DNA of 64,000 nucleotides from Candidatus Poseidoniales archaeon. Its GTDB lineage: Archaea; Thermoplasmatota; Poseidoniia; Poseidoniales; Poseidoniaceae. Shown here piece after piece: positions 29,081-38,783 of the stretch. The DNA lies in NCBI GenBank assembly GCA_009887135.1, contig QXYA01000095.1, forward strand, positions 1,414-65,413, read 5' to 3'. Positions within the stretch are counted from its first letter, which is position 1; the number at the start of each line of letters is the position of its first letter. The position numbers were made by a program, and so were the translations under genes. The notes beneath the pieces were generated by a model. That model was not told where the DNA came from. It did not search any database and saw only the letters and a program-made list of their open reading frames with translations.

Positions 29081-30204
29081 TCCTTCACCTCTGGGTCATA
29101 GATCCAGCGGTCTTGGTCGGGGTCCCATTCATCCCATGTAGGAATAGTTTCGAGAACAGAGTGGTATTTGTCAGGAACAATTCCTGGAACGATGAATGCT
29201 TTTTGTCGATGCAATGGATATGGATTACGTAGATCAATTCCAAGAACACCTAAGACAGCACGAGCAACGTACCATGTTGCTTGAGCATTCCAACCATGTG
29301 CAATTTTAACCACAATTCCAAGCCCCTTTGGATAATCTGGATGTTCAATGGCGAGACCAAGTAATCCATCCGCCCCTTCTTTTGCAATAACAGTACCTGC
29401 TCCTGCTTTGAGAATGGTTGAATCGAGTCGATTAAATCCACCGACAAGATCAGGATGCCGTACCATGGATTCCCAGATCCAATCAGCGTCTTTATCTCGC
29501 ACAAGACCTGCATAAATCTGGGCTAATTCAGCAACAGTGTTGGAAACCGTGGGCAAGCCACATCCGTCTTTAGCGATACGCAATGGTGTCCAATCCTCGC
29601 CAAGAAATCTACGGATCTGTTCCATATAGGCTTCGAAAACAGGGTGATTTGGAAGCGTATATCCTGCACGGTTCCATCCCTTTTCTCGACAACCTCGAAG
29701 AATCGCTGCATGCTCTCCTGAGCAGGTGTGATACCAGCGGCGAGGACGACGGACTTGCCGGCCAAATTGAATCAAAGGAACATCTAATGGCGTCAACATA
29801 AGCGGCCATTCGGATTCCGAAAGTAGAGATTGTGCTGCTGCTACGTGTTCGGTATCGCCGTTATGACTTGCCACCGCTATCGCTTTTTGCTCCCAAGTGA
29901 AAGGCTCGAGTTCCTTAACGAAGGCTTTGAGCATGAACGGTTTCATCATCGAACGCCCGTAACAGAGAACATTTCCCCCAAACGAATGAATGACTTCATC
30001 ACCATGCGCCCATGCTACTGCTCCATGAATGGTGGTTTCAGAAACACCATTTCGGCGATAGTCAACCAGGGGCTCCCAATCGACATCTCTCCCAGTTGGG
30101 ATTCCATCGACTTGTTCCCCGAGAGGGGAATTTGGAAACAATCCGCTGCCAGGTTGACCTGGCTTTACTGCCGAGTGTGAGTGATGTTGAATTCCCATAT
30201 TCAT
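29077..30204 (-). CDS. Asparaginase-II family (PF06089-like) amidohydrolase
   Basis: Motifs RSMMKPFMLKAFV, ASHNGDTEHV and HTCSGEHAAIL correspond to the SSIKPFQALP / ASHSGE / NNCSGKHAGML blocks of R. etli-type asparaginase II. Confidence 0.5.
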   Translation of the reverse strand: MNMGIQHHSHSAVKPGQPGSGLFPNSPLGEQVDGIPTGRDVDWEPLVDYRRNGVSETTIHGAVAWAHGDEVIHSFGGNVLCYGRSMMKPFMLKAFVKELEPFTWEQKAIAVASHNGDTEHVAAAQSLLSESEWPLMLTPLDVPLIQFGRQVRRPRRWYHTCSGEHAAILRGCREKGWNRAGYTLPNHPVFEAYMEQIRRFLGEDWTPLRIAKDGCGLPTVSNTVAELAQIYAGLVRDKDADWIWESMVRHPDLVGGFNRLDSTILKAGAGTVIAKEGADGLLGLAIEHPDYPKGLGIVVKIAHGWNAQATWYVARAVLGVLGIDLRNPYPLHRQKAFIVPGIVPDKYHSVLETIPTWDEWDPDQDRWIYDPEVKE

Positions 30205-31430
30205 CCATCCTTGAGAAGTTCTTCAACGCGAGGAACAACTTTTTGCATGTATGCACGCATGTTACGACAAACACGATCACTATCATGATTGAAGAAATCA
30301 AACCATGCCATTACTCGATCTTGTGGGTGGAAACGTTCGACCAATTGTTGAGCAACATCTTCGACATTTCCGATAAGTGCGTTTTGAGCAGCATTTTGTA
30401 CCTTTGTAGGATCGATTGTTCCTTCGAGGGCATTCCAATAAGCACCTAGAGACAAATCTGCTTCACTCTGTGCAGCTAATCGTTGTTCTTCAGAAGTTAA
30501 TCCTTCCTCATCATTAACAAATACGAAACTGGTTCGAGGCATATCTGAACGCTTCCATTCACCACCATCTGAATGGAAACATTGACGCATACGCTCATGT
30601 GTTGCATCGATGACTTCGGGTTGTGTAATGGAGAGATTAAAGACACGAACTGGTAGATATTTATTGACAAAAACCTGGGCTTTCGGGTCATGAGTTCCTG
30701 CGACTAAGACCAATTGATTACGATCAAATTTGTTCGGAACAATTCGAATGTCTTCGAACACATATCTTCGATCGATGGTTATTGAATCATCTTTCGAACC
30801 GTGTGCATTCTGCACCTTTTCCCAATCGCCATCACTACGGAAATTATCACGCGTAAGTACTGTTGAGCGAATCTCATCGGAGTGAACTACATCTCCCCTG
30901 AGTAATCTCAAGAAGATTTCACTTGCTTCAAGGAAGATCTGTCCACGCAGAGCTGGCCAAGCGGCTTCTTCGGTTGGAGTCCTCGGAACGATTCCATATG
31001 GCCGGGCCATGAATTCAAATCGTCCTGCGGAGAACCCAACGTGGAGTTTCCTCGTGTCACCTTTGACAGCCAAAAGTTGCAATGTATTTGCGATACGTTC
31101 TGCTTGAGCAATCGGCCCACCTGATGCAAGGATTGACACAACTGCACTTCCGATTTCAATTCGGTTTGTCTGTCGGAAAGATTCCATCGCCAGTTGTGGG
31201 AAATCAGTACAGAGACCAACCTCTCCTTTCCAGTGTGGAACCACAGGTCTACTGTTTGATTTTTGAGTTTCAGTTGAAAGATGAGATTGTGCAATCCAGC
31301 CGACGCCAAATCCAAGTTCATCTGCAAGCGTAAGTTGCTGAAAGTAATTCTTGAACATGGTTTGCTCAGATGGGATATGCCCTTCATGGTCTGGAGTTTG
31401 ACTGATGGAGAAGAAAATATCGTGTTCCAT
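30201..31430 (-). CDS. LLM-class (luciferase-like) flavin/F420-dependent oxidoreductase
   Basis: TIM-barrel LLM features. Start taken at MEHDIFFSIS. Confidence 0.6.
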   Translation of the reverse strand: MEHDIFFSISQTPDHEGHIPSEQTMFKNYFQQLTLADELGFGVGWIAQSHLSTETQKSNSRPVVPHWKGEVGLCTDFPQLAMESFRQTNRIEIGSAVVSILASGGPIAQAERIANTLQLLAVKGDTRKLHVGFSAGRFEFMARPYGIVPRTPTEEAAWPALRGQIFLEASEIFLRLLRGDVVHSDEIRSTVLTRDNFRSDGDWEKVQNAHGSKDDSITIDRRYVFEDIRIVPNKFDRNQLVLVAGTHDPKAQVFVNKYLPVRVFNLSITQPEVIDATHERMRQCFHSDGGEWKRSDMPRTSFVFVNDEEGLTSEEQRLAAQSEADLSLGAYWNALEGTIDPTKVQNAAQNALIGNVEDVAQQLVERFHPQDRVMAWFDFFNHDSDRVCRNMRAYMQKVVPRVEELLKDG

Positions 31431-31490
31431 ACCTCTCACCTGTTCTCTCCATGAAATCAAAGGACATAACCAGTTCGACGCTCGTCTGAC

Positions 31491-32312
31491 CTATTTCTCA
31501 AGATTCGTTAATGCGTGTAGTCGCTCTTTCAAGAGGGGTGGAGTAGCGATTCCGAGTTGCATAAACAAGTGCATTGTGTCTGAAAGGAGGAGCAGGGCAT
31601 CATCAAAGCGAGTCTCGATTTCTGCAAGATCTGCCAAACCCCAACTTGCAACAAGATGACCTGCTGGATGTTCCATTGATTTCGCAATATCAAGACTCTC
31701 TTGATACATTTCAGAGGCTGTTGCAAGTTCACCAAGACTTGCTTGTGCATGAGCAACATCTGCCATTGCTTCCATTTGGAGGATATCATTTTGATTGTTG
31801 ACCGCTAGTTCTAGCCGTCGAGTATCGTGAATAATGGCTGTTTCCCAATCTTCATTCGCTCGAGCACAACGAGAAAGGACTGCTAATCCAAAGATGAGGC
31901 CTTCCTTATCCTCCAACTTTTCTCTCAATGTCAGTGAACGACGTACAGACGCCTGAGCGCCATCAATTTCGTCTATTGAAAGAAGCATGAGAGCGTGGTG
32001 ATGAAGAACTCCAGCTGCAAGAGCCTCACCATTTTCAATCGATTCCGCTTTGAAAGCAAGTTCTGCTACATCATCGATGGACCCTTGATTTCGTTTCAAC
32101 ATCTCAAAATGCGCCCAACCTTTCTCAATATCGTCTTTAGCAACAACTCCAGCGTGTTCAACCAATTTATGGAGAAGTTCGAAATCTCCTATCGATTCAA
32201 CGAGAGGAAGAATCCCAAGAGCAAGGGATGTGTTGATTGATTCCATGGCTCCTCCTTGAGTCAGCATTGAAACAATTTCTTGTGCTTGTTCGGGAGTAAT
32301 CTCTTCTGCCAT
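31491..32312 (-). CDS. Helical-repeat (TPR-like) hypothetical protein
   Basis: 273 aa, all-alpha with repeated Ala/Leu-rich helices. Confidence 0.35.
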   Translation of the reverse strand: MAEEITPEQAQEIVSMLTQGGAMESINTSLALGILPLVESIGDFELLHKLVEHAGVVAKDDIEKGWAHFEMLKRNQGSIDDVAELAFKAESIENGEALAAGVLHHHALMLLSIDEIDGAQASVRRSLTLREKLEDKEGLIFGLAVLSRCARANEDWETAIIHDTRRLELAVNNQNDILQMEAMADVAHAQASLGELATASEMYQESLDIAKSMEHPAGHLVASWGLADLAEIETRFDDALLLLSDTMHLFMQLGIATPPLLKERLHALTNLEK

Positions 32313-32344
32313 GACGTGGCCATAATCAACCGCGTCAAGAACCT

Positions 32345-33364
32345 ATGGATTCTGCTGATAAAGGGCTGTATATTGATAATGTAGAGTCATCACAACAGAC
32401 CATGGGTCGTTTTGACGGAGCACTACAAGGGGTTATGTTAGTGTCCCTTTTGTTACTGTTCCCCATCACCATTCAATTATTGGTCCAACAAGATGATAGC
32501 CCTCTGTGGCGAACTGTTGTAGTCGAAATTGAATCTGATGAAGAGGACAATGGTACTGATGCACGCGCCGAATCATTATCTCGGGAAGATGTTGCCCGTA
32601 TTGCTACATTTAACATCAAAGTATTCGGTGAAACAAAGATGGGTAAAGCAGAGGTTGTCGCAGAATTAGTCGAAATCGTTCATCGCTATGACATGGTTGT
32701 TGTCCAAGAGATCAAGGATATTGATTCAACAGTCCCCTATGATTTCCTTGATGCCATTAATCAATATGGAAATGAGACATATGCTATGGTTCTAAGTGAA
32801 CGTTCTGGACTCCAGGAAGATGATAGTGGAAGCCAAGAACAATATGCATTTTATTACAGAGAGTCGGTATTTGTTCCAAACGAGGCATGGTTGCACAATG
32901 ATTCTCAAGAGGATGCATTCCAACGTGAACCCTTCATTGCAAACTTTGGAATGATGAATTTAAACAACTCTATCACAGAAAATATGACCTTTATTACTGT
33001 ACATGCCAAACCTTCCGAAGCAGTGAATGAAACCTCGGCTTTGCATGATGTTGTTGAAACGTATTTAGAAAATCGTACACAAGAGAACATCATTTTGCTT
33101 GGTGATTTCAATGCCGATTGTAGTTATGCTTCAACATATGAATTGAATCAACTTTCACTTCGACAGCCACAATATCTGTGGGTGGTGCCAGATACTGCGG
33201 ATACAGCATATTCCTCAAACAGCCATTGTGCATATGATCGAGTTGTGATGACCGGTGATATCGATGGTCGATTCTTTGGGCGATGGGGCGTAGATCGGGA
33301 TATGTCTAGTTCAAATGTATCGGACCATTATCCTGTTTGGTTTGATCTCGAACGCATCGAGTAA
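32345..33364 (+). CDS. Secreted/membrane-anchored DNase I-like endonuclease-exonuclease-phosphatase (EEP) family nuclease
   Basis: N-terminal TM/signal segment. Motifs IATFNIKVFGETK, MVVVQEIKD, LLGDFNADCSYAS and SDHYPVWFDL are the DNase I catalytic signature. Confidence 0.7.
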   Translation: MDSADKGLYIDNVESSQQTMGRFDGALQGVMLVSLLLLFPITIQLLVQQDDSPLWRTVVVEIESDEEDNGTDARAESLSREDVARIATFNIKVFGETKMGKAEVVAELVEIVHRYDMVVVQEIKDIDSTVPYDFLDAINQYGNETYAMVLSERSGLQEDDSGSQEQYAFYYRESVFVPNEAWLHNDSQEDAFQREPFIANFGMMNLNNSITENMTFITVHAKPSEAVNETSALHDVVETYLENRTQENIILLGDFNADCSYASTYELNQLSLRQPQYLWVVPDTADTAYSSNSHCAYDRVVMTGDIDGRFFGRWGVDRDMSSSNVSDHYPVWFDLERIE

Positions 33365-33376
33365 GGCGGGAAGAGG

Positions 33377-34207
33377 ATGCATCGAATTGCTTCAATTCCA
33401 GCCCGTATCAATATCATAGGCGAGCATACGGATTATGCAGGAGGCCTCTCCTTTGCATTTGCAGCACCTCAACGCCTGACCCTCAAAGCAAGAGCAATTT
33501 CTGAGGGATTTGAAGGCGAGAGTACGATTGTTTCTCTGTGGAAAGAAGCGAAAGGATGGCCGGCTCAACTGACTGTAACAAGCGAAATTCCAATAGGAGC
33601 AGGGATGTCATCTTCAGCTGCACTATGTTTAGCAATTGTTCTGTGCATTAACAAGGACATTGAAGCATTTCAAGCTTGTCAAGAAGCACAACGAATCGAA
33701 CATGTCGTACTTGGAACAGAGTGCGGTTTACTCGATCAAATCGCAATGATGTTTTCCAAACCCAATCATGCGACATTAATTGATTTTTCAACGAATACGA
33801 CAACACAACACCCCCTACCAGAATCTCATGTGTTCAAACTTATTGATTCAGGAATTCACAGAACATTGGGGGAAATGGACTATCGAACATCTGTCGATGA
33901 ACAAACAAAGAACATCCATGTCCAAGAAGAGAATCAACGTGTAAAAGAAGCGATTCGAGCCTCGCCCAATCAATTAGGATTGCTGCTCAACGCCGCTCAT
34001 GAATCATTACGAACCATCGGGGTAAGTATAGAAGAGATCGATCAACAAGTGATGGTCCTTCAAAATACACCAGGAGTCTTGGGCGCTCGTATGATGGGTG
34101 GTGGCTTTGGTGGGATGATTCTCGTTCTTGTTGAACATGAGGGGATCTTACCTCAAACTGCTGTTGTCCACCCCTCAGAGGCTGGTTTTGTTCAGGAATT
34201 CCGCTAA
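33377..34207 (+). CDS. GHMP-family sugar kinase, galactokinase-like but short (276 aa)
   Basis: Galactokinase signature RINIIGEHTDYAGG. GHMP motif PIGAGMSSSAALCLAIV. C-terminal GGGFGG. Confidence 0.6.
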   Translation: MHRIASIPARINIIGEHTDYAGGLSFAFAAPQRLTLKARAISEGFEGESTIVSLWKEAKGWPAQLTVTSEIPIGAGMSSSAALCLAIVLCINKDIEAFQACQEAQRIEHVVLGTECGLLDQIAMMFSKPNHATLIDFSTNTTTQHPLPESHVFKLIDSGIHRTLGEMDYRTSVDEQTKNIHVQEENQRVKEAIRASPNQLGLLLNAAHESLRTIGVSIEEIDQQVMVLQNTPGVLGARMMGGGFGGMILVLVEHEGILPQTAVVHPSEAGFVQEFR

Positions 34208-36151
34208 CCGTTCCAAACGTTCAGGTGTCCCCATGTCCCAAAACTTCGTATTATCCAAATATGCTGAGGCTTTCATTGACATTTCGGGATAGACTGTTTC
34301 TTCCCAACTCCATTTTCCATCTTTACCGTGTTCGAGGAGAACCCTTTTCTCTACAACACTGGTTCCAGATTCATAGCCATTGAATTCAGATGGAGGTGAT
34401 GTACTTTTATCGTATTGAGCGATTTTCCCATCAACATGTAGAAGATTCATCTCACCATGTTCAGTCGTTACAGTAAGGGTTAACGGAGAGGATTCTTGTT
34501 CATGATAAGCGACAAGTTCGCTATAATCGATTGGATGGAAATCATCCCCCCAAAGTAAGATGAATCGATCTTGAATCAGGTGCCGTGCATTCCACAGAGC
34601 ACCTCCTGTCCCAAGTGGTTCGGATTCTTGATGAAACGTAAGCGCCATTCCTTCATGTCGGAAACCATCGAATTGCTCACCCAAATGCCCTGTTAGAATC
34701 AAAGCCTCCATACACCCTTGAGCGCCAGCCCAATCAAGAATGTGAGAAAGGATAGGTTTTCCGGACACGTTAATGAGAGATTTTGGCATCTGTTTCGTCC
34801 GTTCACCGAGACGAGTTCCCAATCCACCAGCCAAGATAACGACTTGTGGAACGCGGTGTGCTTTGACAATCTCTGAATACAAAGCGCCGCTTTCTTTTAG
34901 TGTTCGTTCTTTGGTTTCAAAATCGACATGATAGAGGCCAAATCGTTGATCATAGCCTTCAGCCCATTCGAAATTATCCATAAGACTCCAATGATAAAAT
35001 CCACGTATATCCATCCCATCTGCAATGGCTTCACCGGTTATCTGCAAGTGACGTCGGATATGTTCAGGACGCATGTCATCATCGTCATCTGCAACTCCGT
35101 TTTCAGTGACAATAATTGGAAGATTAAGGCATGAAACCATATCAAAAGCACGGCGTAATCCTTCAGCATACATAGGATATCTGAAATCAGTTCGTTGTTC
35201 CCATGGACGAATCAATGGATCGATATCGACTTTAGTTGGCATGAACGGAGTGGCAAGAAGATGAGTGTAGTAGTTGACCCCAATGAAATCACTGCTTCCT
35301 TTAAGTCCTGGAATTTCCTTTGAACGAAGAGCTGAAGGCGCCTTGAATCGTCCTGTCATCAATCCTTTAATCCAACAAAGATTGAACATTCCATCGAGAA
35401 GTCGTGCTTGCAATCGGTGCAATGGATTCCAACGACGGTATGGATCGAAGAGATTGATATTCTTCACCAATCCGATATGAGCACGCTTACCATGCTCCAT
35501 GGATTTCAGGGTTTGATAGCAACGGGCGTGAGCTCTCATAAGATTGGTTGAAACGATTCTTGTTTTCTTAAATGAGCGCTCACCTGGTGGAAACTCTCCC
35601 AAGACATATCCCATCGAAGCAAAAACTGCAGGTTCGTTGATGGTACACCACCAGTCTATGCGGTCACTCAAAACGTCAAACATTTTTACACAGAAGCGAA
35701 TCCAATCATCAATATTGTTTTCGTTCTCAAAGCCTCCTTTTTCATCCCACCAGAGAGGATGTGTGAAATGATGGAGAGTAGCCATCGGTTGGATGCCTTT
35801 GTCCAGAAGTTGGTCAACAAGGTCCGAATACCATTGAACTGCATCCTCATCCCAGATACCTTGTTGTGGTTCAATACGACTCCATTCGATTGAAAATCTG
35901 TAGTGTGAAACATTCAGGTCCTTGATCAGTTGAATATCTTCTTCCTTTCGATTCCAATGATCGCATGCGTTACCACTGAGTTGACCACTTTTTGAACGTG
36001 GCTCAAAAGCAGACCAATTATTGGTATTTCCACCTTCGATTTGATGAGATGCAGTAGCAACACCCCACATGAAATTCGGTGGGAAAAGATTCCCCGATAG
36101 AAGGTTTGTATAGTCCACTGAGTCCCAATTACGATGTTCTTCAATCCCCAT
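34175..36151 (-). CDS. Bifunctional fusion: GH1 beta-glycosidase (N-terminal) + sugar-1-phosphate nucleotidyltransferase (C-terminal)
   Basis: GH1 motifs FMWGVATASHQIEGG, TINEP (acid/base) and IVTENG (nucleophile). The NTP-transferase motifs are VVILAGGLGTRLGERTKQMPKSL and EPLGTGGAL. Start taken at MGIEEHRNWD. Confidence 0.75.
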   Translation of the reverse strand: MGIEEHRNWDSVDYTNLLSGNLFPPNFMWGVATASHQIEGGNTNNWSAFEPRSKSGQLSGNACDHWNRKEEDIQLIKDLNVSHYRFSIEWSRIEPQQGIWDEDAVQWYSDLVDQLLDKGIQPMATLHHFTHPLWWDEKGGFENENNIDDWIRFCVKMFDVLSDRIDWWCTINEPAVFASMGYVLGEFPPGERSFKKTRIVSTNLMRAHARCYQTLKSMEHGKRAHIGLVKNINLFDPYRRWNPLHRLQARLLDGMFNLCWIKGLMTGRFKAPSALRSKEIPGLKGSSDFIGVNYYTHLLATPFMPTKVDIDPLIRPWEQRTDFRYPMYAEGLRRAFDMVSCLNLPIIVTENGVADDDDDMRPEHIRRHLQITGEAIADGMDIRGFYHWSLMDNFEWAEGYDQRFGLYHVDFETKERTLKESGALYSEIVKAHRVPQVVILAGGLGTRLGERTKQMPKSLINVSGKPILSHILDWAGAQGCMEALILTGHLGEQFDGFRHEGMALTFHQESEPLGTGGALWNARHLIQDRFILLWGDDFHPIDYSELVAYHEQESSPLTLTVTTEHGEMNLLHVDGKIAQYDKSTSPPSEFNGYESGTSVVEKRVLLEHGKDGKWSWEETVYPEMSMKASAYLDNTKFWDMGTPERLERLAEFLNKTSL

Positions 36152-36177
36152 ATTGGCACCACCAAAGCGATAAAAAT

Positions 36178-38775
36178 TCACTGGAGTCGAGACCAGGAAC
36201 CATCGGAACCAACATCCCATTGTTGTAATTCAGTACTCGCATCAACATACCAACCTGTTTCTCCTTGATTGGTTCCAGGCGCCGCTTGCATAACTCCAAT
36301 TTGAGTGGCCTTCACTGCGAGTTCATCCCTCAAAGCATCTTCAATAACAGGTGCTGAGTCAACAGAAACTTGTGGTGGAGGCGATTTAGACTCCTGCTCT
36401 ACAGGAGCGATGGATTCAGAGGAGACCGCGTCTTCTTCGCCATCTTCTTCATCATCATCCTCATACTCATCATCGTATTCATCCCATTCTTCTTCTTTGG
36501 AATTACCTCGGCGAATGAGTACGATAAGAACTGCAAAAATCATCAGTAAGAAGATGAGACCAATGGTCATGGCGGTATTTGTTGAACCAAGAGCACCTCC
36601 TAATAGGACAGATTCAACATCGTAAAACTGTTGCGAGATAAGGCCCTGCCATGCAACGGTGCAAGAGCGATCTGTACCTGCTTCTTCGAGTTCGATTTCC
36701 CATGTATCCGATTTCACGTGACTGGCTTTTCCGGATGAACATGTGATACTGGTTTTGTCTGGAACGACTTCAACTCGATTCCCTTGGCTGTCCTCAGCCC
36801 AAACCTTGAGCAAGGTGACTTCACCTTGACTCAACGATTCGTTACTCACTGAAGTGAGAACACGTACTGGATCTCCTGGTAGAATTGTTAATGGAAGAAT
36901 GACTGAAGCATTTCCTTGTTGAAGTTCAATATCATACGTCCCAGATATGACACCATCAAGTTGCCAATAGCCACGTCCTGTTGCAGAGGGTTCGATTGAA
37001 ACGAAACCAGACTCCACCAATTGAATCTCTTCAGCAGGAGCAACGTTTCCGTGTACATCAACGATTTCTACATAGAGGTCGCTAGAGACACCTGCTGTAA
37101 TTGTCATCACCTCACCAGCATCTGTAGCAAGCGTATTTTCTGAACCCGTGATTACATTGATACGGACTGCAGCAAATACTCCATCAGCGTTTGCTCGTAT
37201 CTCATGTTCTCCCACTTCGGTGGGATACCATTTACCACCTGACATGAGTAAATCGAGTGTTGAATCAACGCCATCGATGGTCCAATTGACTGCAACAAAT
37301 GGAATAATATTTCCATATGAATCTGTGAAATCTGGATCAAATTGCAAGAATGAATCTGCTGGAACCTCTGTTCCTGTTTCTGGCAAGATGATGAACGCCA
37401 ATCGACCCGGTTCAACCATCTCTTGGTATTCACTTTGGTGTAAAATACCAGTGTAATTATCGAAATATGTTGCTGAAAATCGAATGCTCTCAGTGAGTTT
37501 TGGAGTAAATGTGGCATAGGAGGAGAATATTTCAGATGAAGATTGGTCATTACTTGTTTTCGTAATATTACCATCAACTTGCCATATATTTCCAAAAGCA
37601 TCAGTCGCTTCATGGACCAAAGCGACTTGCAAACCTGCGTTTAATCGAGGTAAACTTGGAACAAGTTGTGTAAAAACTGCAGCGCCATGAACCACTGAGA
37701 CTGTCTTTGAGGCAACAATGTCGGAATCAATGACTTCCATTGTCAAGGAACCCTCTTTACCGGGAGTCCAATGGATTTCATCGCCTACTTGGGCTACAGC
37801 ACCATTACCAACGGTCCAATTTCCTATTGGAACTGGAACTGGAGAAGTATAGCCAGATGAATCGGTACGTACTGCGTCTAATCGATACACCTCTCCTGAC
37901 TGGTAGGTCGTTTCCTCAGGTATAATTTGAATCGAAACAATAGCTGCATCAGCAGGAATGACTCTGATGGTTCCATTACCATAGACAGACCCTGCACGGA
38001 TGCTGAGATTCCAAACTCCTGGTGCAGAGGCAAAGAAGTAACCTTGGGTGGTAATACTTCCATTCTCGGCGGTCCAGACTTTCGTCCCCGCCAATGTATC
38101 ATTCATCTGTTGACCAAATGAATCAACCAGTGCAGGAGTGAGTTTGACGCCAAATCCGCTACGAATCACAAGATTCTCCTCAAAGATAAATTCGAAGGGG
38201 TCTCCCGCTATCGCTTCCATTGATACTTGTTGTTCCATTTGATCAAAACGGGCAACGACTTCATAGAGGCCCAGAGTTGGAGGCGTCCACAATGGCTGCC
38301 CTTGCCCAACATATTCTCCATCAACACTCCATACTACACCAAGTCCAGTTCGAGGATTGCCGTGTGAATCAAGGAGATTGGCTTGAAGTTGGAATGGCTG
38401 TTTAGACTTCGGAGAAGTGGTGGTATCGATCTCAATTGACTGACCCCAACCTGCCTCAACAGTCACCACAACAGTATCGTTGAAGCCTGCATGTTCAGCT
38501 CGAATGGTTACTTGACCTGCCGACCAAGGAAAGAAGAGACCACCATCTTCGACTGTACCGTTTGTAGAAGACCACATGATCTCGCCTTCGACAACGTTGT
38601 TTAAGGCGTCGTAGATTGTAGCATCTAATTGCAGGACACCATCAGAAGAAATCGATGTTGAAGGCGTTGTGATAACGACTTGGGCAGCAGGACCTGCTGC
38701 CGTTACTGGAAGGCTCGTCAACGGAACGAACATCAACAGAATGCACAAAAAGAATGCAGACTGTTTCGAACTCAT
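36178..38775 (-). CDS. Giant surface protein 3 (865 aa): signal peptide, Ig/Big-like repeats, TM anchor, poly-acidic Trp-containing cytoplasmic tail
   Basis: Signal peptide MSSKQSAFFLCILLMFVPLTSLPVTAAG. TM helix IGLIFLLMIFAVLIVLI. Tail EEEWDEYDDEYEDDDEEDGEED...GWYVDASTELQQWDVGSDGSWSRLQ. Confidence 0.7.
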   Translation of the reverse strand: MSSKQSAFFLCILLMFVPLTSLPVTAAGPAAQVVITTPSTSISSDGVLQLDATIYDALNNVVEGEIMWSSTNGTVEDGGLFFPWSAGQVTIRAEHAGFNDTVVVTVEAGWGQSIEIDTTTSPKSKQPFQLQANLLDSHGNPRTGLGVVWSVDGEYVGQGQPLWTPPTLGLYEVVARFDQMEQQVSMEAIAGDPFEFIFEENLVIRSGFGVKLTPALVDSFGQQMNDTLAGTKVWTAENGSITTQGYFFASAPGVWNLSIRAGSVYGNGTIRVIPADAAIVSIQIIPEETTYQSGEVYRLDAVRTDSSGYTSPVPVPIGNWTVGNGAVAQVGDEIHWTPGKEGSLTMEVIDSDIVASKTVSVVHGAAVFTQLVPSLPRLNAGLQVALVHEATDAFGNIWQVDGNITKTSNDQSSSEIFSSYATFTPKLTESIRFSATYFDNYTGILHQSEYQEMVEPGRLAFIILPETGTEVPADSFLQFDPDFTDSYGNIIPFVAVNWTIDGVDSTLDLLMSGGKWYPTEVGEHEIRANADGVFAAVRINVITGSENTLATDAGEVMTITAGVSSDLYVEIVDVHGNVAPAEEIQLVESGFVSIEPSATGRGYWQLDGVISGTYDIELQQGNASVILPLTILPGDPVRVLTSVSNESLSQGEVTLLKVWAEDSQGNRVEVVPDKTSITCSSGKASHVKSDTWEIELEEAGTDRSCTVAWQGLISQQFYDVESVLLGGALGSTNTAMTIGLIFLLMIFAVLIVLIRRGNSKEEEWDEYDDEYEDDDEEDGEEDAVSSESIAPVEQESKSPPPQVSVDSAPVIEDALRDELAVKATQIGVMQAAPGTNQGETGWYVDASTELQQWDVGSDGSWSRLQ

Positions 38776-38783
38776 TCAATCAC

